A stretch of DNA of 64,000 nucleotides from Rotaria socialis (lineage: Eukaryota), in assembly GCA_905331295.1 (NCBI GenBank), contig CAJNYD010000044.1, positions 124,001 through 188,000 of the forward strand, written 5' to 3'. The notes below the pieces were generated by a model. The model saw nothing but the letters and a program-made list of their open reading frames with translations. It was not told the DNA's origin and did not search any database. The position numbers and the translations under genes are program-made. Positions 25,497-38,700 of the stretch are shown one piece after another; positions within the stretch are counted from its first letter, which is position 1; the number at the start of each line of letters is the position of its first letter.

Positions 25497-25908
25497 ATAA
25501 AAACTGCTTAACTATTTGATAGGTTCTGTCGTTTTTCTTTCTCTCAGATCATGATGGTGTGATGACGCTTTTTCTATGTTTTGGTTTTGTTAATTCTTAG
25601 CTTTATTTATTTTTCAGTTTGACATAAAAGAACAAGATGAAAAAGAAGGATCGATGTGAAACAGCGAGCGCAAGCATCTCTTCTTTTAAATAGATACTTG
25701 ATGTGTTTGTTTTTCTCAATCGTTAACATGTTTGATAACATTCCTCGATGTTGAAACCTAGAATTATGGTTTCATTAAGATATTATCTATGTATTTGATG
25801 CACTTTAACTGATAAATCTTGTTGTATTTCCTTTTATGTTAAACAAATAAACAAGCATGAAGTCATTGACGTGGTTTTAATTGTTCTTCTATGTTTAAAA
25901 GTATAAAT

Positions 25909-25968
25909 GTGCCATCCATTGAGTGATTCAAGGGGAGGCAGCGGCTCCTGATGGATTCTAGAATCCAC
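25909..25968 (+). mobile_element. Decayed transposon end, related to 32650-32751 in inverted orientation
   Basis: TGCCAT..TTCAAGGGG..GCGGCT.CTG..TGGATT is shared with the reverse complement of 32700-32751. Confidence 0.45.
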
Positions 25969-26376
25969 TATGATACATTTTAATTAATGATTTTATATCA
26001 ATATTTTAAACAATTTGCAGTTGCTAAAGTGAACAACGAGACTCGTATATGTAGAATCTATGACTTTGATCAAGTTTTGAAAAAATTACGAAGGTGACCA
26101 TGCATTTTTTCACAGATTTAAATGCTTAGAAAAAAAAACTTGCAGATTTTATTGTACACAAAAAGAGAAGAACCGAAGAATTCATTTTTCATATTATTCT
26201 ATGACTGAGAATGTGTTACAATAGCCCTGAAAAAATTATTTAGCCTTTTTGTAATATAGACGATACTGTTGAAAAGAAGAATATTATTTTGTTTCTACCG
26301 ATGACTTTGCCTGTGTATTAACTAACTCTTCATATTCAATTGCAAAGTTCTAACAAGTACATCAATATGACTTGGT

Positions 26377-26863
26377 GAGGGTTGGGCACTAAATTCATCC
26401 GTGACAAAAATGCTTCTATGCAGCGGAAAAATTCTCCTCGGTCAAAAATGATCCAACACCAATGTGTGATCTTTAGTTAGATTATATATCTATTCGCGAG
26501 CGGGAAAATGGGGAAAATGATTTCAGTGCATAAATTCTAGGAAAAATGCTTTATATTACAGGGATGAAAGTCTTGATATAATCGCTCTAGTTTAATGTAA
26601 AATAACAAGAGAAGAATTGAATGAATGAGTGGTGCGTTGGCTAACAGGAAAAGTAATTTCAAGTGATACATTCATTCTGTTGAATGGCAGGAGAGCTGGA
26701 TGCATAGTTCATATGCAAGTGCTTGAATATCAATGCACACATATGTATACAGTCGGTTGTCATCTATATGAAGAACGGAAAGAAAATTCATTTTTGACCT
26801 GAGCGACATTTTTCTGCTTGACAAGGGCTTTTATCTCACGGATCGATTCATTGCCCACTGCTG
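26377..26863. mobile_element. MITE with about 70 bp degenerate terminal inverted repeats (hAT-like)
   Basis: Left TGGGCACTAAATTCATCCGTGACAAAAATGC..GGTCAAAAATGA versus right reverse complement TGGGCAATGAATCGATCCGTGAGATAAAAGC..GGTCAAAAATGA. Confidence 0.7.
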
Positions 26864-27339
26864 ATATGCAACGTACTGTAAATAATTTCATCATATACTA
26901 AAAACTTTCTATCTAATCGTCTCGAAATCATATAGTGCAGAGCTCTAAATGGGTCGACCTGCCCAACCGATTCTTATATGTTTTTCTTTGTTTTTACTAT
27001 TGAATTTGCTCTTTTTTAAATTAGGCATCTTCAAAAATGTTAAGGGAAGAAAAACAAATGTGGGTTTCATGTCCGCTTAATCTAATAAACAGTTGACGTT
27101 GCTTGAACTCATCTTTTCTATCGTTGACACGCAATATTCTATAACACATAAACTGTGTTAAATAGGGCGAGAAAGTAATTAACAAAAATAATGTGTCGAA
27201 CATATACTGTTATCGATAGTTGAAGGTGTAAATAAACACTATATATCGAATTCTTCAACTTTTATTAAAGAGGAATTTCACGGGGAGTATATCAGTTACT
27301 GAAAAAAGGCAACATTCGGAATTCTGAGCTGCTTTTCTA

Positions 27340-27591
27340 AGCGAAGTTTTTCTCGATTTTGGTCATAAACCTATTTGAACGAAATCTGATTTTTTTTTTA
27401 CTTTTAAATTGTCTGCAGGAGAGCGTACTTTCAAAAAATGGAAGAAAATGCGAAAAAAACGTTTCAAATTTTGAGGCAGGGTAGGCGATTTTTTCTGAAG
27501 TTTTTATAAATTTTTCAAAAATCGGTGAGCAAAAAAACGAAAATTTTCAAAGCAGGGGTACTCCGCCCCCCCCCCTGAGCGCACGCCCTTG
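27340..27591 (-). mobile_element. DNA-transposon end fragment
   Basis: GC-rich terminus reading CAAGGGCGTGCGCTCAG(G)nCGGAG on the minus strand, with A/T-tract subterminal sequence. Inner boundary is approximate. Confidence 0.4.
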
Positions 27592-28099
27592 ATTGTCTGA
27601 CTATTGTGGTTGCACGATTTTTGCTCTCCTTTTCATCTACAACAAAAAATTTCTTTAAAAATCATTCGTTGAAATTTTATTTCATGTAAAAACAAATAAA
27701 ATAAGACATTACGTTTAATATGAATTTTTCTAGTAACTGAAATATTTAAGCAATAAATAACAGACTACTCGAAAGTGCACATTTTTGACATGCACAGACC
27801 TCATGATTTGTCCATATAAGAGTTTCTTTCCGTAGTAAAACGTTTGCATGAGTTATGTGCACATTTAAAGTAACTTGTGCGCTGAACGCATGAAATGAAA
27901 ATTGCATCAAATGGGCATCGTTGGAACGATCAACTAGAATAAAATAACAACAACTTCCTCGCCATTCAGGCTGTCTGATGCACGTTACTCATATAGATTT
28001 CTTTTTTGAAGTTCATGTTAACATGTATATTATTTAAACTATGAGCTTTTATTAGAAATCGGATCGTTCTTGAACATACATTTGAAGAAGCAAAAGGAT

Positions 28100-28463
28100 G
28101 CGAGTGTGGGTGGAGCTGGAAGTGGTGGTTCGACTCTTATCTACATATCCACACTAACTGCCACACCTACACTCACGGTAGATTTTTCATCAGAAAAATG
28201 TTACAGATTGCTGAAATATCATTCTGTTAAAAGAATACTTATAGAATCTCAGTTGTGATGATTTTCAATTTGTGGCTATCGAAATCACCTTTAGATTAAC
28301 TGATTAATTTGATTTACTTTTCTTCGAATACTCAAAAGTCTACGAATGTTTTCTGAAAGTCTCAAAGTTATAGCATGCACTGAACTGGCAGTACAATGAT
28401 ATTATGGGTAGGTGTTGGTGTAAGTGTGGGAAAATAATCTCTAAAGCTTCATCCACACCCTCA
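28100..28463. mobile_element. MITE-like element with GGGTGT/ACACCC-rich inverted ends
   Basis: Left GAGTGTGGGTGGAGCT..CCACACTAACTGCCACACCTACAC versus right reverse complement GAGGGTGTGGATGAAGCT..CCCACACTTACACCAACACCTACCC. Confidence 0.5.
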
Positions 28464-29961
28464 ATAAACTTTCAGTAAAAAGCAAATTTAATGTGGCCCT
28501 AATGTGATCGATACATTTCAACAAGATTATGAATATACACTTCCTTAAACACCTGATGATTATGTAAAACATTGGTTATGAATAGTTCTCATATTATTGT
28601 CTTCATATACCAAAATCGAATATACCGAGTGGTGCTCGCTATTGGTACGTAATATTTTATATTTTGTTAGTTTGGTGGTAAGAGTGATAATTTGACCCGA
28701 ATATGGTCAATGCTCTTGTGTATCAATATAAAAGCTTTCACTGTTAGCTTGGAAAGAATATAGAATTCTGGATGTGGATGTGATCCTTTCGTTTTAGATG
28801 CACACCCATGCCATATGAATCTTTCCTACACCCCACACTCTTGATAAAATTACGTGAATAATTTTGAGCAGGATCAATAACTGTATTTAAACGATTATTT
28901 GATGAATAAGAATTTTCTATTTCATTTGCATGGTCAACAAGTCCTTTTAAAGATTTTCAGCTTGTTTTTTTATATTTGTATGAAGTTCCGTAAATAAGTT
29001 TTCCTTTTTATCAATATCCATAGATTCATTTGACTTTTTTTTCTTTGCAATATGAACACAAGAACAAATGAGTATTTAGATAGAGCGTCAGTTTTCATGT
29101 TTTCATTGAATTATTTGTGGTATTTCACTTTGAAATTATATTTCATAACATTCAAGTGTACTTAAATTGAGAGCAATACATGAATTTGACTCAGCAAAAT
29201 ATGGAATACAGATAAGACGAACTTGAATACCATTTGGTCCTAGAAACAAAATTCGAATATTATATTAAGAAATATTCCGGATGGTTAAACTTTTCAAAAG
29301 GATTCAAGTCTTGTAAATAACGTCGCCAATCGATTGTCTAGTTACTTTTTAAAAACCAATTAAGTTTTAAAAGATGAAATTAGAATCGCGTCTACCTTTA
29401 TTTTTCTCTAAGGATAAAGTCATCTGACGTTCTCAAATATTACTTTGGAGAAAATTGTAAATGTAAACTTTCGCATTCAATGAGTACACTTACAAATTAG
29501 TTTCATATTGTCTATATATCTATGGAACACAATCATTCGTATACTTTAAAATGGTCTTCATAAGTAAAAAATCGAAATAAACTAAACGCTTAAGTTTACC
29601 GGTGGAAATGTGATTATGTAATGAATAAATTCAAACTAAAGTATTTTCTAGCAATTTAATTAATCGAGGACGACAAGTTTTAATTAAATGAGCAAAAATC
29701 TCATCTGTGCATTTCCACAAACGAATTAATTCTTATGGAAATCAGTATTGGCAAAAAGGCAATCACTGTTTGAAAAACTACATTTTATAATGCGAAGGTT
29801 AAAAATCTGTCATGCAAAAGCAAAATAGAAAATTAATCAAAATAGTGCTTAGTACAATCACTCTTTTCGACATTTTGATTCTGAACACATATTCGGAATG
29901 AGCGAAAAACGTTTCAGTCTAACCAGTGATCGAAAAACTAGTAAATATTATGCGTCAAGAC

Positions 29962-30025
29962 TAGAGAAGCGCGAGATCAACTTTGTTTGGTCCCGGTAAC
30001 ATTTTCTCGGTCTCGCGCATCTCTA
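29962..30025. mobile_element. 64 bp minimal hAT-type element / hairpin
   Basis: TAGAGAAGCGCGAGATC versus reverse complement TAGAGATGCGCGAGACC. Flanks GTCAAGAC and GTCAATAG match at 6 of 8 positions. Confidence 0.65.
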
Positions 30026-30125
30026 GTCAATAGTGTATTTTGAATGATGAACTTTATAAAGAAAAAACTGATTTATTGTTCTCATTTTAGGGTTTTCAAC
30101 AAGAGTAAATAGATAATGATCATAC

Positions 30126-31780
30126 CTTGAACCAGACATATGGATAGCAACCTACAATATCATAACTACTTTTATTGTTAAAGAACTATTTTATTATAAT
30201 TAATGTATTAGGACGTGTTGGTGCAATAGCACTCCATTTAAGACAATCTTCAAGTATCTGAACACGACTCTCAATAGTTGATTGAAGATCAATATCATCT
30301 AAATCCTGCCCTGATGTGCCAGGAAAACTATAAATCTTATGTAAAATATGAACAGAGACATAAAAAAAAACTTCTCTCAGTAAATATCACCAATTTGAAA
30401 ATCATATGCATGTGACAAAACAATGAAAAGCAAATATTAAGAAAAAGCCTTTTCTTTAAAATTTACCTTGGATCATTCACGCCGGGCATGATATCAATAT
30501 CAGTTATTGCCTAAGAAATCAAAGTTTCCAGAAAAATACAACATACAGCAGTTTTATCAAATAATTCACCAATAGTATTCATTGCTTCAACACTACTTGC
30601 TGTCATTTTTCGTGTTAAATATTTCGCCTTAAAATAGCTCAATGATTATTATTTATGATAGAAGAAAATATAACTAACTTGATTTGTTGAATCTTTAAAT
30701 CAATCTGAACTTTCAGTTGAATTACCAGCAACAAAAAATCGAACAATATTACGTAAAATTAATTTTATTTGTTCACATTGAAGATTTGTTGGTCGAGTCA
30801 ATGAATTAATAAGATATTCAAGTTGATTAAAGATTATTGAGGTTTCAAATAAAATATATCTATAAGATATATATGTTCAAAATTTTATCCTAATACATAT
30901 AATTCTTACTTATCCTCCGTTGGAGGTGATAATGTTTTTGGTATTGAAAGATCTTTACAACAATAAACTGTAACAATAAATACACCTTCGTCATTTTCAT
31001 AACCATGTACCGCCATAACAATACCTATTCAGAATAAAAATATGGATTTTAACAAAAGATGCAATCGAACATTGGTTACTGAAGTGCCAATAATAGATCA
31101 AGCCTTTTCGTGCAAAACAAGTAATGCTTCATTCATTCATTTGTTTCCTGCCGTTGGATCGGTCATGAAATTTTGTCCACGCATCTATAGGCTGTATACT
31201 CATTAGAAACACTCCCAAATATTGATCTAGAACGAATTTATCCTTGATAAGATATTTACTTCAAAGAAAAAACATATGTTTTGAGCTTTGTTTCAAAAAA
31301 ATAATTTCGATACAAATATGTATGTCATACCCCAAACTTCTGGAATTCTTCTTGTGACTATCAAGGAGAACATTTTTGTTCGAAATCTTATTAATCAGGT
31401 TTTTAGTTTATGTTCGAAAATCGAGTCAAATGCCAACAAGCAAGCCAAAATAAAAACTTTTACTACTGTTCCTGACCAATCGAATAGTAATAGTCTCAAG
31501 CGAAGAGCAAATGGACAGTTGGAAATGCTCTTATGAACTGTTCTGCTATTAGCCTCGAGTTACTCAGACACTACCTTTGGTTCGAAGACCAGGGACTTTC
31601 GTAATATCTAGTTCTAAGCTTATTCATTATCAATATCAGGTATTTAGTTGTTTTAAGGTCAATAGATGAATGATATTATTTAGATGATACGCATTGCCAA
31701 TAATATACAAATCGGAATATTGTCTGGAAACTTGTGTACTTCGAAGTTCATTAATGAAGTCTGACTAGTCATTTGCTTTT
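30126..31780 (-). pseudogene. POLD2: DNA polymerase delta subunit 2 pseudogene (intron-containing)
   Basis: RQYSDLY/LLAMR (frameshifted), GIVMAVHGYENDEGVFIV, IVRFFVAGNS, AKYLTRKMTASSVEAM, DIDIMPGVNDP, GTSGQDLDDI..IAPTRPNTL, CYPY. There is an in-frame TGA in SSD*FKD, the PQQPLHPC exon core is deleted, a donor is lost, and no C-terminus is visible. Confidence 0.88.
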
Positions 31781-31880
31781 AGTGTTCAATTTGTAGAACC
31801 GTAGATTACTCGCCTGCTGCTTTAATTTGACCATTATGGAAAAAAAGAATCAAAATAAAATCTGTATGATCAATTGTGAA

Positions 31881-32102
31881 TAGGGAACTGCGGGACCGCC
31901 TTTTTTCGTTCCTCCCCGTTATGGTTCTAATTCTATTTAAATTTTCTATAGCTTCCTGTTCCTGATTATTTAACAACAAGCACCTTTCGCAAGATTAAGG
32001 CTGAGTTTTTATATGTGTTTTTAATAAAAATATGTGTCAGGATCAGCTTCAAAAATTATAGCTCTCGATCCCACAGAACCGGGCCCACTTTGCAGTTTCC
32101 TA
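31881..32102. mobile_element. 222 bp hAT-type MITE with 8 bp target-site duplication
   Basis: Ends TAGGGAACTGC and reverse complement TAGGAAACTGC. Flanks ATTGTGAA (31873-31880) and ATTGTGAG (32103-32110). Confidence 0.8.
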
Positions 32103-32649
32103 ATTGTGAGAGTCGCTCTATATGATTTAATTACCCGTAATCAATTGATTAATATCAATTTTTCCAGCAAGTACAATTTTTTGTGTTTCTTCTTCAAGAA
32201 TTAATGTATCAGTGGGATCAACATAACGTGTGCGAGCTGGTTGTAAATCGAAACCGTTGTAACAACAACAGAAAAGAACGTTTATTTTTCGATTTATCAA
32301 AAAAAGAAGATAAATTATTTACTTCAGTTGTTAATTGTTTAACAATACTTGGCTTCGAAACCATTTGTTTAAATAAAATTTTAATAGGAATACATCTTCG
32401 CCTAATAGGAGATCATCCTTTTTTTTTAATTGGTACTTTTTAATCTAAAATTTTCGAATGAGTTAAAGTGGTTTGATCGTTTTTTTTTAAACTAATTAAA
32501 CCAACCGCAGCGATCTATCAGCTGCTTCTGAAACCAATTTTTGCATCGCTCCAAGGTACTCGGATAAGTTCTTATATTCGACTAAAACAAAGCAAGCGAC
32601 AGCGATAAGGAGCTCATACTGATCTTCACATATCTTCAAACATTCACGA

Positions 32650-32751
32650 AGACCCATAAAATCCACTAGAATCCACCAAAATCCATGAGGAACCGTCAAA
32701 ATCCAAGGAACCAGCAGCCGCTTTTCCCCCTTGAAGTGATTACATATGGCA
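32650..32751 (-). mobile_element. Decayed transposon end with AATCCA subterminal repeats
   Basis: Four AATCCA motifs, then CAGCAGCCGCTTTTCCCCCTTGAA..ATGGCAG. Related to 25909-25968. Confidence 0.5.
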
Positions 32752-35700
32752 GTTAGAGAAATTCACGTTAGAATACTATATTAATTGATAAAGAAACGAT
32801 GTGTTCGTGACCCGAATCGATAGCGTCATGCAATAGTATATTGAGAACATTGAATGAACTAGATACGCTAGTCAAAAAGACACACTAAAAGCAATTACCG
32901 ATAACATGAGGCAAACATAAAAGTAAAAATATTGAGTTGCAACTATGCTTTACACGCTATTAGAAAAGAAACAAAAAACTATTAGTTTTTCGAGGATGAA
33001 TCCAAATTGACTCGTAGATCTTTGTAGCAAATTTCAAATAATCTAAGTGAAGGATGATAGATAAAATTATTTGATCAGTTACAATACTGCTTGTCTCATG
33101 CAGCAATACGAATAGAATTTATTTGGATACAAAGAATAAAAACATAATGGTTTTGATTTTGTTGCATCGGCAAACCAAAAGAACCTTTTATTTGCCACTT
33201 CTATTCTTTGTATTGATTGAAAACAGAACACACTTTCATTTCTTATTTGTCTTTATATGCAGTGTATTACGTAATTGATTGATACTCGAGTAGTGGAAAT
33301 CATGAATGAAAGAAGATCTTTAAATTCTATTGGCACGATTTCGATATCAAACCGTTTCATAGAGGACCGAAGGATTCTTATATATCGATTAAAAATCGAG
33401 CTAATTCCATTTGTCTAAAAATGACATACAAGTAACCAGGACGAATATAGTTTTGTTACATTAGTTTTTACATGTTTCACATCCATCATTGTACGGCACG
33501 GTGAACTATTATATAGATGAAAGTTATGAGTAGATTACTCGCAGAAAAGGCTATCCTTACTGTAATATGTAACTGGTGCATCCCTAAATGGCACAATTAA
33601 TTGAATGAAAAAAAAGTTGAATAGAAATGAACTTCGTGCGTGACTATGGTAAATTTTTCTTCACAATACATCTATTTCTTTTGGATAGACATCCATTATA
33701 ATGTTTAACCATCATCCCAAAATATAGATCTTGATGCTGAAAATTTTGAATCAAGTGAAATTTTCAAGACATGACTAACCTGCAGGCGATGGATCAGATA
33801 AAATATCCATCTGATAGTGGTTAAGATAAGAAGTTATTTGACATTCATAATCTCTTTTTAAGTTTTAATTATATTCATTTCTTTTTATTTTTGAGTCTTG
33901 ACAGAATACAATACATGGCATATTCACGTTTTCATAGATGCTTAGATAGTACCGAGAGAAGAGCGATGAAAAGTGTAACATTTTGAAGAAATGTCAAAAA
34001 CAAATGCCACTCAAATTATTAAAATAGTAATAATCAAATAATACTCAGACATACTTTCGTAAGCAAAGAAGTCATTAACTACAATGAAACTTTTTCGAAG
34101 ATACAGCGGTGCACAACCAATAAAACATCATCAAAACTCATATCCTTTATAAAAGACGAAACTTGAAATTTTCTTCCGTTCATAAATTGGCTATTTTTCA
34201 GGCAGTCTAATACTATCATTTGAACCACCTATACAAGATAGACGATAGCTAGGAAGTGTTCGTTGAAATCAGTACACTAATATTGGTCTATATGATGATA
34301 GTTGTATTCGATCGATTTCAATTAGTTAAACTCTGTTGCATATTAAAGTTATTTTTCTAAACTATCATGTTCTCCTTGTCAATTTTGTATGATACGGAAG
34401 ATAGTTCAACTTCATGGCCGTAAATCAATATTTCATACATCGGGGAAAAGAAAGTCAAATAGACTATCGAACGAATTTTCCTGTTTTTTTCAGTGAATTT
34501 TATATTGAATATTTTAAGAAAGAGTTGAGTTCCAAAGCGATAATGTCGCAGTTGTTGTTTTCTTGGATTAGGTTGAATTCGACTATTGTCTGTTGACATT
34601 TCACTTCTAGACTTTTGATACCCTTCTAACTAGTCTCGACGAATGCACAACTAGATTTTCTACTACTTAACACTGCTTAGATTGAAGAGTACAAGTGAGT
34701 TTTTTTGCACGATATTTAATGTAATAGTTATCTAGAATAACACAGCTTACACAAATCCTCACTGGAATTACAGATTAATTTAATGCTTTAAACATCATGT
34801 ATATTAGATTTAACTCTACGTAACTAACTTCTGTACAACGAAAAATTCACCAGGCACTAACACTCTATTGAAGAACACTATCGTTTTTTTGCTTATTAAT
34901 AGCAACCTAAAATACTAATTGATGTATAAATATTTATTAAAGCTTCGACAGAGATAAGAATTTCGATTAGCGATTAAACTACAACCTAATAGGATAGTAA
35001 TGCATGACAACATTTATGTCATCGAAGACATTCATCGTATTTGACTTTATATCTCTATGTAGGATGGTAGTAATCTTCGTTTTATTTTTCTTTTATTGAC
35101 AACAAATATTGGTAATTATGTTAGAATCGAATTAGAATTTATTCGTAGATTAATTGATCTGCATACGTATGTCAAGATTATGAGGAGAAATATATAGTTA
35201 AATTATATTTTTGAATTTCTATGCTCTGTAATTGAGCCGATTTGGATGACTAACCAAAAATAAAACGAAGGATTAATTGCGGCTGATCAGAGAATTTCAG
35301 CATGGGTACGATGCACCGGGCTATTTCCACGCACCGTTTAGCAATAACAATTGAGATATAACTATTGTTGCATTAGAAAAGAAGACTATTCTTTATTTAT
35401 TATTTAAGACTTATGAAAGTAACGCATGAATTTTGCTTCTTTCTCATGAGAATTTTTCATCGCTGCCATGCATGAAGAGGATTGTGTAACTGATGAAACA
35501 ATCGTACTTCAACAGTCAATCATCAAGATTAAGTCTTGTCATCATAGATGTCACAAGCAAAAAACCACAATATTCTGTCTAAATAAAAAATAAGCGATTT
35601 TCCCACCATGTTAATCACATGAGTGATAACATATAGAAATGATTCAAGTTGTTATTCTAGATTAATAAGATTTTTGACTAAATCGCTATAGTGTGTTCTG

Positions 35701-38700
35701 AATGATGTTTGACTTTTTTAATATTTCAATTCAAAGTAAGAAAATCTAGTTCTTATTTAATTTTAGTTTTCATCTTATAGCAAGTAAATATGTACCTGAA
35801 ACTAAAAAATAATGACTTTAACCATAAATAGAATTTTGTGTACATAGCTGGCAGAAAGAATAATAAAGAAAAATGAACTCTTTCAGTTTAAGAGAAGAAT
35901 TTATTTAGATTTACATAGATCATCGCCATCAATTAAGATAAATATCCAGTTTGTCATTGTCGATTCATAATCTTGTCAAACGATAAGAATCATAGATTTA
36001 CACCGCGATTAGAAAAAGTAATTAACACACAAATTCAATTTATCAAGGTATTTTCTGTACGAAGATTGTTTTACTCTTTTACGCGCTTACTTTTAAATCA
36101 TTTTTAAGCTTCCATGGTAAACAAAATTTTCTCATCTTTATCTTCAAGTGAGCTATTTGAGTAGCCGTTTATTAATACATATTCTAAAAACAAAATGAAC
36201 ACAAATTGTTGATTCTATCTGCTAGAATTTATTCAATAAACATTCAAAGTATTTTTGTTTTTACTTGTGAAAATAATTTTTGTGCACGCACATCTAAGTA
36301 CTTTGTAAAAAAATAACATTGAAAAGTCATTCTAGCTGACTTGTACCCAAGCAAGACCAATGGAAAATTAGAAATGAATTTCAATGTTATCCATGGGCTA
36401 TTCACGGTTCAATAATAAACACAACAAATTAATAAAAAAATATACAGACGACCTATAGGATGTCATGAGAGTTTTCCGTTTCTTGTTATTCTTTTATTTA
36501 ATTTTAGAAACGACTTTTCTTTTAATTTCAGTATAGGTTGATGTGCTAAATGTGCATCTCAACCACTTACCGGCAAGAGTGCCCTTCAAGACTATTATCA
36601 TGCATTGAAATATAAATGCATACCACTTATTTTATATTTAAAATAACATTATACAATGATTAGTTTTTAATTGCTTCGTTATGTCGGATAATATTCTAAT
36701 GATTATTTTTCTACATCGCTGGATAAATACAAATGCTCTACTTGTTTTATTCGAAAAAATCCGCTTACTGTTCTGAGCTCCACAACACTAAAAATTGGCT
36801 CAATTTCATAATGACCTAAAGATTAGTCAAAAAGAAAATTTACCAGTCATACACTTAAGTTTCTTCGATGTGATTTTCTAGAGTAAAAATAGAATTACGA
36901 AAAAAAAATCATTTTCCCGTAAACTATGACATTTTCACAATACTCTAAGGGTACCCATCAATATTGAATCAATAAGTTTAATAATCAACAGTTCAGACGA
37001 AATAGATTGCCTTCATGAGTTTCAAGACTACTGAAATTTATAAAATTGAATTTCTTTTTGTAGGAATTTCATCAAAAAAGAAATTTCTATAAAACTAAAT
37101 ACTAAAGAGTAAAATGATGAGAATTACTGTCATTTTTTTCCATCGTGGCTAAAGATCATAGGTTTGAAGAATACATTTGAAGCTTTCTTTTATAACAAGA
37201 AATAAGATACCGAGTCGATAAAGTCAATGCGTACAGCAAAAATATAAGAGATAACCTTTGCAAACGAACTTTCCGGACGTCTTTTTTGATTGCAAGTACT
37301 TCATAACAATGTCTAATGGCTATTTTAATTCGATATTTGATTGATGTTATTCAATATTTTTCTCTTTTCTTTTGACAGAAGCCTCCATAGCGCATTGTTA
37401 TTGTTAGATGCGAATAAAATACCAAAGAGAGAGAAAATTAGAGTAAAATCATATCTTCTATCTTTTTACATAAAAAAATAGAACGCCTATATTATAGAAA
37501 AATATGGCTGACATTAATTTTTGCCATTTTCCCATCAGACGAATAATGAGCAAAATATATACTTGTAGAAATCATGGTAACATTGTCTTGCTATTAATGT
37601 ATTCTTTTTTCTTACTTCATTGAATGCTGTAAATGAAAGTCAATTTAAGAGCAGGATTTTCAGCTAATAGAACTTGAATGATTTTAATCAAGACGACACG
37701 ACCATAATTATCAAATGAACAAAAGAAAATATATGCAGCAAATATTCTCATGATTATTGGCCTTCTGAGTATTACATATATAAATATGTGAAGACAGACA
37801 ATAAGAGTTTTATTCCACTGATTACGTTTCTCTGAGAAACAACAAAATCGCGAATGACTTTTGCCTAGAGAACAGCTGATTGTCTTCCTTCCGATTGTGA
37901 AGGTCGAAAATGGAAATATTTTCTTGACCTGAATCACTATTTCCTTCAGATAATGGGAATACAATTCCATCACAGAAATAACTATTAAAAGGGCATCTGT
38001 ACCGAATACTTTTTGGCAACTAATAAAATACCGATGTGGTGTGATACTTACTTCTACCATAAGAGGAACAAATCCAGCTGGTCTAACTAATCAGTCTACG
38101 CTAAAAAATGACGAGTCAAAACGTAGGAAGAAAATGTTTCGTAACACAATCATCAATCATTCAATAATGTGCTGCTTCAATCGTTGTATGTATAATATGA
38201 TAGGAAAACGACAAAATCAGGGCGTTATACATAGTTTAAGAAGATTTATTTAAAATATTAAACCTCATTAAAAATCTTAAGATCAGCGGCGTGAGTTGAT
38301 CGTATTCAACACAAACGCTCACGTAATTATATCTGATTATATTTCTCTATGTAGCATTGTCTTTTAAAAGCTTAGTATTAATAGTATATTGTCGAAAGTT
38401 AAATCAAATTCTTCTAATCCTTTATTTGCTTCTGCTAGATTCGATAAAAGATAATGATTAAGACAAATTAGTCATTCTTTTATCCAATAAAAATAAATTA
38501 TAATAATAACATATTACTGATCTTCTTTTTTTTGTGCTATGATAACCACGCGTAAAGGTATATAAATCGTTAATCGATAAAAAATAAACACCAATGAGCA
38601 AACATCAGGAAACAAGTCATATGCAATGAAAATCACATTCATTTAGCTCTCTCATATTATTACCTGTACAAATTTAATGGCGAAAGAAAAAAAATCAGGT

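Noticed and set aside
37617..38060. 147-aa minus-strand ORF
   Set aside because: No recognisable motif or coherent exon chain. It may be a decayed gene or transposon, but I cannot support a call.
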